A stretch of DNA of 64,000 nt from Candidatus Niyogibacteria bacterium (GCA_016214345.1 JACROR010000009.1:241-64240), one strand, 5' to 3'; shown: positions 46,473 through 56,976, counted from the first letter of the stretch. Notes: generated by a model not told the origin, from the sequence alone. Program-made: numbers and translations.

Positions 46473-46597
46473 AACTCCTCCTGTGGTTAACGCGTTAACT
46501 TTTATTGTCAAAATACTATTTTAGATATATAATCTATAACAGCCACTTTGTCAAGCCCAGACTTGCACTTTGTAACAAAATATGCTAACTTTGAAAT

Positions 46598-46879
46598 ATG
46601 TTAAATGTGAAGGAAAAACAAAAAATAGTGGAAAAGTTCAGAACGCATGAAAAAGATACCGGCTCTTCGGCGGTGCAAATCGCTATCGTAAGCGAAGAAA
46701 TCAAACGATTAGCCGACCACTTAAAGACCCATCACAAGGATAATCATTCCCGCCGTGGGCTTTTACAGATGGTCGCCAAACGAAAATCGCTTTTGGACTA
46801 TCTCGCGGAAGACGATCCCAAAGGCTACAACACCGTGGTCCGCAAATTGGGGCTTAAAAAGAAAAAAGTGCAAATTTAA
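46598..46879 (+). CDS. rpsO: 30S ribosomal protein S15
   Basis: DTGSSAVQIA, HLKTHHKDNHSRRGLL.MV.KR..LL.YL. Confidence 0.97.
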   Translation: MLNVKEKQKIVEKFRTHEKDTGSSAVQIAIVSEEIKRLADHLKTHHKDNHSRRGLLQMVAKRKSLLDYLAEDDPKGYNTVVRKLGLKKKKVQI

Positions 46880-46918
46880 CATTATGTTTCAAGACGGAAC
46901 GGGGGGGTACATATAAAA

Positions 46919-47422
46919 ATGAACACGGCACAGCACAAAAGCCAAAGGGTGGCAGTTTTTTTGGATGTTCAAAACCTTTATCATTCGGCGCGAAGCATTT
47001 ACGACGCGCGGGTCAATTTCAAAGAACTGCTCAAAACCGCGGTAGGAGGACGCAACCTGATCCGCGCTTTTGCTTATGTCATAAGCACCAAAACCGGGGA
47101 AGAAAAACCGTTTTTTGAAGCCTTAGTTAAATTGGGCATAGAAACCCGAGAAAAACCGCTGCAAGAATTTTTCGGGGGCATGAAAAAAGCGGATTGGGAC
47201 GTAGGGCTCTCCATTGACGCGGTCCGGATCGCCCAGACCGTGGATACTGTAGTCATCGCGAGCGGAGACGGAGATTTCATACCCCTCGTGGAATACTTGA
47301 AAAACCAAGGCAGGCGAGTGGAAGTGATATCTTTCGGCAAATCCACTTCCTCGGCCCTTAAAGAAGTAGTAGACGAATTTGTTGACTTAGGCGCGTCCGC
47401 GAAGTATCTTATTAAAAAATAG
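46919..47422 (+). CDS. NYN domain (LabA/DUF88) protein
   Basis: VFLDVQNLY, KADWDV, SGDGDFIPL. Confidence 0.92.
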   Translation: MNTAQHKSQRVAVFLDVQNLYHSARSIYDARVNFKELLKTAVGGRNLIRAFAYVISTKTGEEKPFFEALVKLGIETREKPLQEFFGGMKKADWDVGLSIDAVRIAQTVDTVVIASGDGDFIPLVEYLKNQGRRVEVISFGKSTSSALKEVVDEFVDLGASAKYLIKK

Positions 47423-47548
47423 CGAATTAACAATTATTATAAAATAACGGCGGCTTTCGCTAAGCCTCACCTTCAGATAGGTAGATTATCCCGCACAGCG
47501 GGACTAGTCTAAAATCTGGCGGCGAGCCCGCGAACCGCTCCATCATTT

Positions 47549-49651
47549 ATGGAAAGAAAAAAATTCTCGTGCGACTTTGCGGGACGCAAAGTGGAAGCGG
47601 AGTTCTCTAATTTAGTGGAACAAGCCAACGGTTCCGCCATTGTGCGCTACGGCGATACGGTGGTGCTGGCCACCGCGACCATGTCCAAACAAACCAAAGA
47701 AAATTTGGACTATTTTCCGCTAACCGTTGATTACGAAGAAAGATATTACGCAGTCGGCAAAATATTGGGCTCGCGATTCGTGCGGCGCGAAGGCAGGGCG
47801 CCGGATTCCTCCATTCTCACGGGGCGCGTCATAGACCGTACCATCCGCCCCTTATTTGACATTAAAATCAGAAACGAAGTCCAGGTCATCACCATGGTTT
47901 TGTCCTATGACGAAGAAAATTCTCCGGACATTCCCGCGCTTTTAGCCACCTCGCTCGCGCTCGGCACTTCGGACATCCCCTGGGGAGGACCCATAGCCGG
48001 CGTACGGGTCATAAAAAAAGACGGAAAATTCATCATCAATCCGACGGCCGCGGAAAGGGAAGTATGCGAATTGGAAACCGTGGTCTGCGGAAAAGACGGA
48101 AAAATAAACATGGTGGAAGCCGGAGCCCAAGAAGTGCCCGAAGCAGATGCTGTGGAAGCTTTCAAAATAGGACTGGAAGAAATTGAACGCATAAATGCTT
48201 TTCAAAAAGACATCATCAAAAAGATCGGCAAAGAAAAAATAATCCCACAAATAACGCCCGAACCGGAAGGGCTACGCGACCTGTTCAATAAACATTTTCG
48301 TCCGAGACTCGCGGATTATGTCTATATAGAAGAAAAAACCGGACGCACCACGCGGCTGATGGAGCTTAAAAAAGAATGGACCGACGCGGCCATAAAAGAT
48401 TTCGGCGACAAAATTCTTAGTTTATACGGCGAGATCTACGAAGAGGCGATTGATGAAATAATGCACGAAAACATTTTGGAGCATGGCAAGCGCCCGGACT
48501 ACCGCAAATTGGACGAATTACGGCCGCTCTACGCGGAAGCGGGACTGCTTCCGCGCACGCACGGATCGGGCTTATTTTTCCGGGGTCAAACTCATGTGCT
48601 TTCCGTAGTTACTCTAGGCTCACCGCAAGACAATAAACTCATAGAAAGCATGGAAGGGCGCGTGGAAAAACGCTTTATGCATCAATATAATTTCCCTCCG
48701 TATTCTTCGGGTGAAACCAAACCGCTCCGCGGTCCGGGAAGACGCGAGGTCGGGCATGGCGCGCTCGCGGAAAAAGCGCTGGCCGCGGTAATACCTCCCA
48801 AAGAAAAATTTCCCTACACCATCAGAATAGTTTCCGATACCATGTCTTCCAATGGATCAACTTCCATGGCTTCGGTATGCGCGTCCACGCTCGCGTTAAT
48901 GGACGCCGGCATCCCCATAAAAAATCCGGTGGCCGGCATTGCCATGGGACTCGCCATGAAAGATGAAAAAAATTATAAGATCTTAACCGACATACAAGGA
49001 CCGGAAGACCACCACGGCGATATGGATTTCAAAGCCGCGGGAACGCACGCGGGATTAACCGCCATACAAATGGATGTTAAAATAGAAGGGGTGACCGTAG
49101 GCATTCTGGCCGAAGCGCTGGAAAGCGCCAAAATAGCCCGCCTGCAAATTTTAAAAGTTATACAAGGAGCCTTGAATGCTCCTCGCCCGGATCTGTCGCC
49201 TTTCGCGCCGCGCATTCTCATCCACAAGATAAGTCCGGATAAGATCGGCACGGTAGTGGGAACCGGAGGCAAGACCATAAACGGCATCATCGCCAAAACC
49301 GGCGCGGCCATTGATATAGAAGAGGACGGAACCATATACATTACCGGAACGGATAAAGACTCGGCGGAAGCCGCGCTCCAAATAATAGAAGGGCTTACCA
49401 AGGAATTCAAACCGGGAGAGCGCATAGAAGGAGTGGTCGGTCGCATATTTGAATTCGGCGCCATGGTGGAACTATCGCCCAATCAAGACGGATTGATCCA
49501 CATCTCCAAACTCGCTCCGCATCGCGTAAACAAAGTCACGGACATAATCAATATCGGCGATAAAGTGGAAGTGGAAGTCATAGGCGTAGATGAAAAGGGA
49601 CGCGTTAATTTGGCTTTAATCAATGGAGGAAAAAGAACAGAACCCCGTTAA
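47549..49651 (+). CDS. pnp: Polyribonucleotide nucleotidyltransferase
   Basis: FPLTVDYEER, RTHGSGLF.RGQT, RREVGHGALAE, SNGSTSMAS, GDMDFK, KH and S1 domains. Confidence 0.97.
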   Translation: MERKKFSCDFAGRKVEAEFSNLVEQANGSAIVRYGDTVVLATATMSKQTKENLDYFPLTVDYEERYYAVGKILGSRFVRREGRAPDSSILTGRVIDRTIRPLFDIKIRNEVQVITMVLSYDEENSPDIPALLATSLALGTSDIPWGGPIAGVRVIKKDGKFIINPTAAEREVCELETVVCGKDGKINMVEAGAQEVPEADAVEAFKIGLEEIERINAFQKDIIKKIGKEKIIPQITPEPEGLRDLFNKHFRPRLADYVYIEEKTGRTTRLMELKKEWTDAAIKDFGDKILSLYGEIYEEAIDEIMHENILEHGKRPDYRKLDELRPLYAEAGLLPRTHGSGLFFRGQTHVLSVVTLGSPQDNKLIESMEGRVEKRFMHQYNFPPYSSGETKPLRGPGRREVGHGALAEKALAAVIPPKEKFPYTIRIVSDTMSSNGSTSMASVCASTLALMDAGIPIKNPVAGIAMGLAMKDEKNYKILTDIQGPEDHHGDMDFKAAGTHAGLTAIQMDVKIEGVTVGILAEALESAKIARLQILKVIQGALNAPRPDLSPFAPRILIHKISPDKIGTVVGTGGKTINGIIAKTGAAIDIEEDGTIYITGTDKDSAEAALQIIEGLTKEFKPGERIEGVVGRIFEFGAMVELSPNQDGLIHISKLAPHRVNKVTDIINIGDKVEVEVIGVDEKGRVNLALINGGKRTEPR

Positions 49652-50588
49652 ATCCGATGAAATTGGTGTCCCGCAAAAAGTGGGACAATTTAACAGGGCA
49701 AACCAAGAGAAAATGGCAACAGAGCCCAATAATAAACCGGAAAATATTCCGGCCATACGCACTTATTCGGGAGACGTTCAGGAATATATACAAAAAAAGG
49801 GGACGTCTTACATAAACGCCATGGCGCAAGCCGCCCGGCGAAAACAATCCTCTAACTCTATCAGCGAAGATCTCGCGCCAAAACCGTATCTCAAAATAAT
49901 CCTTGGGGGAGGAGCGGCGATTTTACTCACAACTATAATCGCGGTCGGGACATATTTTTGGTTTTTTGCGAAAAAACCGACCGAATCAGCGCAAACACCA
50001 AGACCCCCTCAAGCCCTAATACGCGCCGATCATGAAAACATAATCTTCTGGGAAGCCGGCAACGCGCAAAACATTCTAACCGCCCTCCAAAATGCGCTTG
50101 CCAAGCCGCAAATAAGCGGAGAATTCACTTATTTGCCGGCCAAAAAAACGGAGAACAAACAGGAAAAATTCTTAAGTTCGGCTGAATTATTAAAAAACGC
50201 GGGAATTAAAACTCCGCAAGATCTTATAGATAACCTGGCGGGGTTTCCCACCTTCGGTGCCATAGATGCTTTGGGCCGCAATGAAACTGTATTTCTATCG
50301 CCCATTTCCGACTATGAAAGAGCTTTTGCCGCCATGCTTCGCTGGGAGCCTGCCATACTCGCGGATTACCAATCCTTACTGCCTCAAGATAAAGATCTGA
50401 ATACCGGCAAGATCACTTTTGAAGACGTGGTCATAAAAAACAATGACGCCCGCGCGCTGAAAAACATTGAAAATGAAATAGTTTTGGCATATACTATATT
50501 TAACAGAAAAATTTTAATAATTGCCTCTTCTAAAACAGCGCTGGAACAAGTTTTGGAGAGACTAATCTCATCGCCACCAACCTTATGA
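49623..50588 (+). CDS. Hypothetical membrane-anchored protein
   Basis: IRTY..D motif, single TM, extracytoplasmic domain. Confidence 0.7.
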   Translation: MEEKEQNPVKSDEIGVPQKVGQFNRANQEKMATEPNNKPENIPAIRTYSGDVQEYIQKKGTSYINAMAQAARRKQSSNSISEDLAPKPYLKIILGGGAAILLTTIIAVGTYFWFFAKKPTESAQTPRPPQALIRADHENIIFWEAGNAQNILTALQNALAKPQISGEFTYLPAKKTENKQEKFLSSAELLKNAGIKTPQDLIDNLAGFPTFGAIDALGRNETVFLSPISDYERAFAAMLRWEPAILADYQSLLPQDKDLNTGKITFEDVVIKNNDARALKNIENEIVLAYTIFNRKILIIASSKTALEQVLERLISSPPTL

Positions 50589-50950
50589 TATCCGATCTTG
50601 ATTTCTATAAGAATAAATTAAAAGAAGAAGAGACTCGCCTGGAAAAGGAACTAAGCACGCTGGCCATCCGCAATCCGGAACATCCGGAAGATTGGCAACC
50701 GACAACTCCGGAATTAAATCCGCAACTCTCGGACGACAGCGAACTAGCAGATAAATTTGAAGAATTTGACACCCAATTCGGCATAGAAACCGCGCTGGAA
50801 GAGCGACTGATAGGCGTCAAAAAAGCGCTCAAACGCGTTGCCGAAGGAACTTACGGCAAATGCGAAAAATGCCATGAAGTTATAGATCCCAAACGCCTAA
50901 ACGCCAATCCCGCCGCCATCACCTGCCTTAAACACGCTGATACGGAATAA
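50585..50950 (+). CDS. TraR/DksA-family zinc-finger protein
   Basis: AL.R...GTYGKCEKC...I...RL.ANP.A..C..H. Confidence 0.88.
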   Translation: MISDLDFYKNKLKEEETRLEKELSTLAIRNPEHPEDWQPTTPELNPQLSDDSELADKFEEFDTQFGIETALEERLIGVKKALKRVAEGTYGKCEKCHEVIDPKRLNANPAAITCLKHADTE

Positions 50951-50959
50951 ATCAAAATT

Positions 50960-52498
50960 GTGACTACGCAGGCTGTAAAACTTCATTCAGCTCAAACCGT
51001 AGGACTGCACGGCGTCATAATTGACGTGGAAGTTGATCGCTATCTCGGCACCAAAAAACTCTCCATCGTGGGTCTGCCCGATAAAGCGGTGGAAGAATCT
51101 TTGGAACGCGTTTCCGCGGCCATAAAAAACAGCGGCAAAATTTCCCCTCAAAAAAGAAACCAGCGGGTTACCGTTTCTTTAGCTCCGGCGGACCTCAAAA
51201 AAGAAGGTCCGATTTTTGATTTGGCGATAGCTTTGGGATATCTTCTGTCATCCAACCAAATAAATTTTGATCCGCGAAATAAACTTTTTTTGGGCGAACT
51301 GTCGCTAAACGGAGCGCTTCGCCCCATCAAAGGAGCGCTACCTTTGGCGGCGAAAGCCAAAAAAGCAGGATTTGAAGAAATATATCTGCCGGCCGGCAAC
51401 GGAACCGAAGCCGCGCTAATAGACGGCCTAAAAATATTTGAAGCCGCGAGCTTAAGCGACGTCATGCAACATTTGGAGGACGAAATTAAAATTCCGCCGC
51501 GCGCCCGTCCGCGTATAGAAAAAATCCATGCCGAAATTAAAGAACAATCCGACTTATCGGAGATTAGAGGACAAGCGGCCGCCAAACGTGGATTGGAGAT
51601 CGCGGCGGCCGGAGGACACAATCTCTTGATGATCGGACCTCCGGGCACCGGCAAAACCATGCTGGCCAAAGCCCTGCCGTCCATCCTTCCTCCCCTTACT
51701 TTTGAAGAAAGCCTGGAAGTTACCGCCATACACAGCGTGGCCGGAAAATTAAAAATACCTTTCTTGTCGGCACGGCCCTTTCACAGCCCCCACCACACTT
51801 CGTCTTATGTGGCGCTGGTCGGCGGAGGCGCGTGGCCCAGGCCCGGTGAAATAACGCTCGCGCACCGTGGCGTGCTTTTTCTGGACGAATTTCCGGAATT
51901 TGACCGCAGAGTCATAGAATCACTGCGGCAACCGCTGGAAAACGGCACTATCACCGTGGCGCGCGCCAAAGACACCGTAGAATTTCCCGCGCGTTTTATG
52001 CTAATCTGCGCCATGAACCCCTGCCCCTGCGGCAATTTGGGATCCAAAACCAAAAGATGCATCTGCAATCAAAATGCCATCTTGCGCTATCAACGAAAAG
52101 TTTCCGGACCTATCGCCGACCGCCTTGATCTATGGATAGAAGTTCCCCAAATAGCGCATGAAGAGTTGGGATCAAATGACCGGCGCGGGCCAACTTCGGC
52201 TGAAGTCCGCCACAAAGTGATCGCCGCGCGCGCCATCCAACAAAAACGTTTCCAATCAAGAAAATATTTTACCAATAGCGAAATACCCGTCAAAGATCTG
52301 GAAATTTTTATGCCGCTCTCCCAGGCTTGCCGCGCCACTCTCAACCTCGCCGCCAAAAGAATGGATCTCTCGCCTCGCGCTTATCATAGAGTAATAAAAA
52401 TAGCCCGCACCATCGCGGACCTGGCGGGAGAAATAAATATAAATGAAAATCACATCTTAGAAGCCATTCAATACCGTCCCTCTCCCAACCTTATTTGA
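50960..52498 (+). CDS. comM: YifB/ComM Mg-chelatase-like AAA+ ATPase
   Basis: IVGLPD, GELSL.G, GPPGTGKTMLA, PHH, LAHRGVLFLDE, MNPCPCG. Confidence 0.93.
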   Translation: MTTQAVKLHSAQTVGLHGVIIDVEVDRYLGTKKLSIVGLPDKAVEESLERVSAAIKNSGKISPQKRNQRVTVSLAPADLKKEGPIFDLAIALGYLLSSNQINFDPRNKLFLGELSLNGALRPIKGALPLAAKAKKAGFEEIYLPAGNGTEAALIDGLKIFEAASLSDVMQHLEDEIKIPPRARPRIEKIHAEIKEQSDLSEIRGQAAAKRGLEIAAAGGHNLLMIGPPGTGKTMLAKALPSILPPLTFEESLEVTAIHSVAGKLKIPFLSARPFHSPHHTSSYVALVGGGAWPRPGEITLAHRGVLFLDEFPEFDRRVIESLRQPLENGTITVARAKDTVEFPARFMLICAMNPCPCGNLGSKTKRCICNQNAILRYQRKVSGPIADRLDLWIEVPQIAHEELGSNDRRGPTSAEVRHKVIAARAIQQKRFQSRKYFTNSEIPVKDLEIFMPLSQACRATLNLAAKRMDLSPRAYHRVIKIARTIADLAGEININENHILEAIQYRPSPNLI

Positions 52499-52625
52499 TA
52501 GGTTTTTGATAGGTTATAGTGATTAGGTTATAGGGGTTAGGTTATAGTTGATAGATTGCTTTATGAAAAATCATAAACTAGAACCTGGAAACTAAAATCT
52601 AAAAACTAGCCCCTAGAGCCTAGAA
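52499..52625. repeat. Short tandem repeat tracts (AGGTTATAG x3; AAACTAR-like heptamers)
   Basis: Seen directly between convergent genes. Confidence 0.6.
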
Positions 52626-53651
52626 CGGATTGCGTGGCCCTCCGCGGATCTCAAAATGCAGATGCGGTCCGGTGGATTTGCCGGTAGAGCCGATGTAGCC
52701 GATTATCTGTCCCTGTACCACGTGCCATCCGCTCCAAACTATATTTTTACTTAAATGATGCTGAATCACAATATATTGACCATAACCGCCATTCCAACCG
52801 GAGCTCTTGGAAATTAACACGTCTCCGGTCGCCGAAGCTACGATGGGAGTTCCGTAAGAAGCGGCCAGATCAACGCCATTGTACCCATGAATGCCCTGGG
52901 TCTTTCTACCATTTACGGGTTTTAGATAATAACCGGCGTATTCTTGGACATTCGGCGCGCCATATTGCTCTGTGTAATATTTAGGCGCGGCTATCTCTCC
53001 GTTGGGAATTAAAATCTCCATGCCCTCCGCGAGATCGCTGCCGGACGCCAAACCGTTGAAATCCAAAATGTCCCGAGCGTCTCCGTTAAATTTCTTGACA
53101 ATGCCCGCCAAAGTGTCTCCCTTCTTTACAACATATTGCACGCCGCTGACCGGCAGAATTATCAAAACTTGGCCCTTGCGTATAAGATCTCCGCGGTTAA
53201 TATCCGCATTGGCCCAAACAATGGTATTAACGCTAACGCCGAAAAGCTTGGCGATTCCAGACAGCGTATCGCCTTCCCTTACCACGTAAATACTGATTTG
53301 ATCGGATTTTTTCTGAACTTCTAACGCGTCAGCCAAACTGCCTAAAGGCCCGGTCACGGGAAGTAGCGCGGAATTTTCCACTATGGTAATATCTCCGCCG
53401 CCGGTACCTGCCAATAAATTCTCATTGGTGGGAGCGTCCAGCAACGATACAGTTTGGGAATTTATAATAGAGGCCGGCTGAAGCGTCTTCTCTGATTTGA
53501 ATAAATCTCCGAAAAACGAAAAAAATCCGGCATGAACCGGCAAAACCAGTCCAAAATATACTAAAAACGTGGCCAAAATAACCACCAACGCCCTAAAAGG
53601 CCTAATACCACATCGGCTTTTTATGGAGCATATTTGACCCTTACCCTGCAA
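52620..53651 (-). CDS. LysM-LysM-M23 peptidoglycan endopeptidase (start uncertain; apparent short internal deletion)
   Basis: YVVREGDTLSGIA, YVVKKGDTL, HGYNGVD, STGPHLHFE. Confidence 0.88.
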   Translation of the reverse strand: MQGKGQICSIKSRCGIRPFRALVVILATFLVYFGLVLPVHAGFFSFFGDLFKSEKTLQPASIINSQTVSLLDAPTNENLLAGTGGGDITIVENSALLPVTGPLGSLADALEVQKKSDQISIYVVREGDTLSGIAKLFGVSVNTIVWANADINRGDLIRKGQVLIILPVSGVQYVVKKGDTLAGIVKKFNGDARDILDFNGLASGSDLAEGMEILIPNGEIAAPKYYTEQYGAPNVQEYAGYYLKPVNGRKTQGIHGYNGVDLAASYGTPIVASATGDVLISKSSGWNGGYGQYIVIQHHLSKNIVWSGWHVVQGQIIGYIGSTGKSTGPHLHFEIRGGPRNPF

Positions 53652-53825
53652 AAAATCAGGGTCAGGTTCTTGTATATTGTTTAAAATAGGCTAAATTACG
53701 AATTTAATTGGTCAAACGCGATCGGGCAAAATTGCCAAGCAATTTTTAGCCCTTCAACGGCCTTTCTGCTACCTTATTCAATATACTCCTTTATAAGCTC
53801 CGAGTCAATCCAAAATGCCTATATT

Positions 53826-53834
53826 TGTGGATAA
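53826..53834 (-). promoter_or_regulatory. Single DnaA box upstream of pcrA
   Basis: TGTGGATAA, the reverse complement of TTATCCACA. Confidence 0.35.
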
Positions 53835-53861
53835 AATAAATAGGTGTTATTCTGGCAAATA

Positions 53862-55814
53862 ATGAAGAAAAGTGCCTCCTCTCATATCTTAAATGGCCTG
53901 AATGGCCGCCAAAAAGACGCGGTGGAACACATCCACGGCCCCCTGCTTATATTGGCCGGTGCTGGATCGGGTAAAACCAAAGTTTTAGCTCACAGAATCG
54001 CCAATATCGTGCGCCTTGGCTGCTCCCCGGAACGCGTTTTAGCCATAACTTTTACCAATAAAGCGGCAGGGGAGATGCAAAAACGCATATCCGCGCTCAT
54101 CTCCAACAACCCACTAACTGCAAGCCGTCCTTTTGTAAGGACTTTCCATGCCCTGGGAGTACATATACTGCGCGAATCAGGCCATCACATAGGAATTTCT
54201 AAAAAATTCTCCATTTTTGACGAAGAAGACGCGCTTTCCCTTATGAAAGACTGTTTGCGGGATCTATCCATTGATCCCAAACAATTCCAGCCCGCCAAAA
54301 TGCGATCCGTCATATCCGCCCACAAAAGCGAACTGTTAACTCCGGAAGATTTGGCGGAAGACGCCCACAATTCCCCATTCCTCGTCAAATTGATCGCCGT
54401 CTGGCAACTTTATGAAAAAAAATTAAAAGAACATAGCGCTTTGGATTTTGACGATCTCATCGCCAAAACTATTGCCTTACTGAAAAAAAGTTCGGAAACC
54501 CTCAAACGCTACCAAGCACAATGGACGCACATCCATATTGACGAATATCAGGATACCAACCGTTCGCAATATCTGCTGGCAAGCCTTCTCGCGCGCGAGC
54601 ACCGGAATCTTTGCGCCGTCGGCGACATAGACCAGTCCATTTACGGCTGGCGCGGGGCCGATTTTCGGAATATTCTGAATTTTGAAAAAGACTGGCCCGA
54701 AGCCAAAATAATCACGCTGGAAGAAAATTACCGTTCTACGCAAACCATTTTAGACGCCGCCAACGCCGTCATCATAAAAAATCAATTCCGCCGGCCTAAA
54801 AATCTGTTCACGGAAAAAACCGGCGGCAATAAAATAAAAATCTTCCTGGCCGCCAACGAATTGGAAGAAGCCGCCTTTATCGCCCAAACGGCGCGCGCGT
54901 GCGCACAAAACAACACGCCAGCCGATAAAATAGCGGTGCTTTACCGTACTAATTTTCAATCCCGGGTTTTGGAAGAAGAATTTCTGCGACAGGGCATGCC
55001 TTACCAATTATTGGGCGTTAAATTCTACGAAAGAAAAGAAGTAAAAGATATTTTGGCGTATATTCGCATCGCCTTAAATCCGCAGGATCTTTTAAGCAAA
55101 AAAAGGATTATAAATACTCCAGCGCGGGGTATAGGCAAAATATTGCTTACTAAATATCTGGCGCGAGATAAAGATCTGAATCCCAAAGAAAAAACCTTGC
55201 TCCAAAACTTTGAAGAGATTATCCAAAGTATAGGCGACGCCGCGGCAACGAAACCGGCTTCAGAGGTAACGCGCGCAGCCATAGAAAAATCAGGTTATGC
55301 TAATTTTTTACGAGACGGCACGGAAGAGGGCGCTATGCGGCTGGCGAATATCCAGGAATTAGTCAGCTTGTCCAAAAAATACGATATATTTCCTTCTCCC
55401 GCGGGCATTGAAGAATTGTTGGCGGACGCGGCCTTAATGTCCGATCAAGACACTTTAAAAGAGCGAGAAAAAGCTGTGAAATTAATGACCGTGCATGCCG
55501 CCAAAGGACTTGAATTCAAGACGGTTTTTGTGGCGGGCATGGAAGAGGGACTGTTTCCGCACAATATGATGGGCGGCGGGAGCGATCCCTTGAAAGCCGA
55601 GGAAGAACGGCGGCTTTTTTATGTCGCGTTAACCCGGGCGGAAGAAAATTTATTCTTATCTTACGCGATTTTCCGCACAATCTTCGGAAGCAGACAAATC
55701 AACAAACCTTCGCGATTTTTGGAAGATATTCCGCCAGAACTCACGGAAGCCGTGAATCGCGAAAATATGCAAAACGAATATCCGGAAAGCGATACGGAAA
55801 TCATAAATTTGTAA
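53862..55814 (+). CDS. pcrA: UvrD/PcrA ATP-dependent DNA helicase
   Basis: AGAGSGKT, TFTNKAA, DEYQDTN, VGD.DQSIYGWRGA, NYRST, TVHAAKGLEF, EERRLFYVALTRA. Confidence 0.96.
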   Translation: MKKSASSHILNGLNGRQKDAVEHIHGPLLILAGAGSGKTKVLAHRIANIVRLGCSPERVLAITFTNKAAGEMQKRISALISNNPLTASRPFVRTFHALGVHILRESGHHIGISKKFSIFDEEDALSLMKDCLRDLSIDPKQFQPAKMRSVISAHKSELLTPEDLAEDAHNSPFLVKLIAVWQLYEKKLKEHSALDFDDLIAKTIALLKKSSETLKRYQAQWTHIHIDEYQDTNRSQYLLASLLAREHRNLCAVGDIDQSIYGWRGADFRNILNFEKDWPEAKIITLEENYRSTQTILDAANAVIIKNQFRRPKNLFTEKTGGNKIKIFLAANELEEAAFIAQTARACAQNNTPADKIAVLYRTNFQSRVLEEEFLRQGMPYQLLGVKFYERKEVKDILAYIRIALNPQDLLSKKRIINTPARGIGKILLTKYLARDKDLNPKEKTLLQNFEEIIQSIGDAAATKPASEVTRAAIEKSGYANFLRDGTEEGAMRLANIQELVSLSKKYDIFPSPAGIEELLADAALMSDQDTLKEREKAVKLMTVHAAKGLEFKTVFVAGMEEGLFPHNMMGGGSDPLKAEEERRLFYVALTRAEENLFLSYAIFRTIFGSRQINKPSRFLEDIPPELTEAVNRENMQNEYPESDTEIINL

Positions 55815-55822
55815 CATAAAAC

Positions 55823-56620
55823 ATGCGAAGCCACGGAACCAAATTGGGACAAAATTTTTTAAAATCACGAAACACGGCGCGAAAAATCGCGGAGGCCGCT
55901 CAAATTTCCAGCCAAGATGAAATACTGGAAGTCGGTCCGGGAAAAGGAATTTTAACGGAAAAGCTTCTGGCGCGCGCCAAACGCGTGGTAGCGGTGGAAA
56001 AAAATCCCGCTCTTATAAAAATACTCCGCGTAAAATTTATCAACGAACTGTCTCTCGGAAAGCTTGCGCTCGTAGAAGGCGATATTTTAAAATTCAATCC
56101 CGCGACAGAAGGTCTTTTGCCTAGCCGATACCGGATCGTGGCGAATATCCCTTACTACCTAACCTCGCATTTTTTGCGAAAAACGCTGGAATCAAAATGC
56201 CCGCCTCAAGACATGACCCTAACCATCCAAAAAGAAGTGGCGGAAAGAATTTGCGCCCGACCGCCGCGCATGAATTTGCTCGCCCTATCGGTACAAATTT
56301 TCAGCCAGCCGAAGATCGCTTTCAAAATATCCAAAAAAGAATTTGCGCCGGCGCCCAAAGTGGACTCGGCCGTTATCAACATAAACGACATTTCGCGCGC
56401 CTTTTTCTCCGCGAATAAAATAAACGAACAAAAATTTTTTAAAATCATAAAATCGGGGTTCGCGCAAAAACGAAAAGTTTTACTAAATAATCTTTACCAC
56501 CAACAAAATATTAAAAAATCTGAAATAGAATCCGTTTTTGAAAAGTGCGAAGTCCCCATCAAGGCGCGCGCGGAAAATCTGGAAATAAAACACTGGATTT
56601 GCTTATACAAAAACCTATAA
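55823..56620 (+). CDS. rsmA: 16S rRNA dimethyladenosine methyltransferase
   Basis: LGQNFL, LEVGPGKG, VANIPY, QKEVAER, F.PAPKVDS. Confidence 0.96.
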   Translation: MRSHGTKLGQNFLKSRNTARKIAEAAQISSQDEILEVGPGKGILTEKLLARAKRVVAVEKNPALIKILRVKFINELSLGKLALVEGDILKFNPATEGLLPSRYRIVANIPYYLTSHFLRKTLESKCPPQDMTLTIQKEVAERICARPPRMNLLALSVQIFSQPKIAFKISKKEFAPAPKVDSAVININDISRAFFSANKINEQKFFKIIKSGFAQKRKVLLNNLYHQQNIKKSEIESVFEKCEVPIKARAENLEIKHWICLYKNL

Positions 56621-56682
56621 ATACTCACCTGGCTATCCGATAGCCAGGTGGACGGATCTGTTGACTGATTGCCTACAAAATT

Positions 56683-56711
56683 AAAAGACCGTCCATTACA
56701 GACGGTCTTTT
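56683..56711. terminator. Bidirectional terminator
   Basis: AAAAGACCGTC-CATTACA-GACGGTCTTTT. Confidence 0.8.
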
Positions 56712-56717
56712 TGTATA

Positions 56718-56807
56718 TTAGCCGGAGTGTGGCGGCCCTGCGGGAATAGAAAAAATTCCCGTAATCAACACCGCCACCAAAATTAACGAAACGAGACCCA
56801 AGGTCAT
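56718..56807 (-). CDS. Micro-protein, single TM (27-29 aa; not in the ORF track)
   Basis: AAGGGGGTGA SD; (MT)LGLVSLILVAVLITGIFSIPAGPPHSG. Confidence 0.5.
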   Translation of the reverse strand: MTLGLVSLILVAVLITGIFSIPAGPPHSG

Positions 56808-56831
56808 CACCCCCTTAATTGGTTTAAATGG

Positions 56832-56945
56832 TTATTTTTCCTTCCGAGAACCACCGAAGGCGAACGTCAGCGCGCCAACAGCCGTTAACAATACCGCTCC
56901 CACCATCAACAAACCACCAAAAGTCAAAACGACAAATTCTAACAA
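56832..56945 (-). CDS. Micro-protein, single TM (37 aa; not in the ORF track)
   Basis: AAGGAGGTGA SD then TTG; MLEFVVLTFGGLLMVGAVLLTAVGALTFAFGGSRKEK. Confidence 0.6.
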   Translation of the reverse strand: MLEFVVLTFGGLLMVGAVLLTAVGALTFAFGGSRKEK

Positions 56946-56976
56946 TAAATCACCTCCTTCTAAGGCAAAAGATTGT

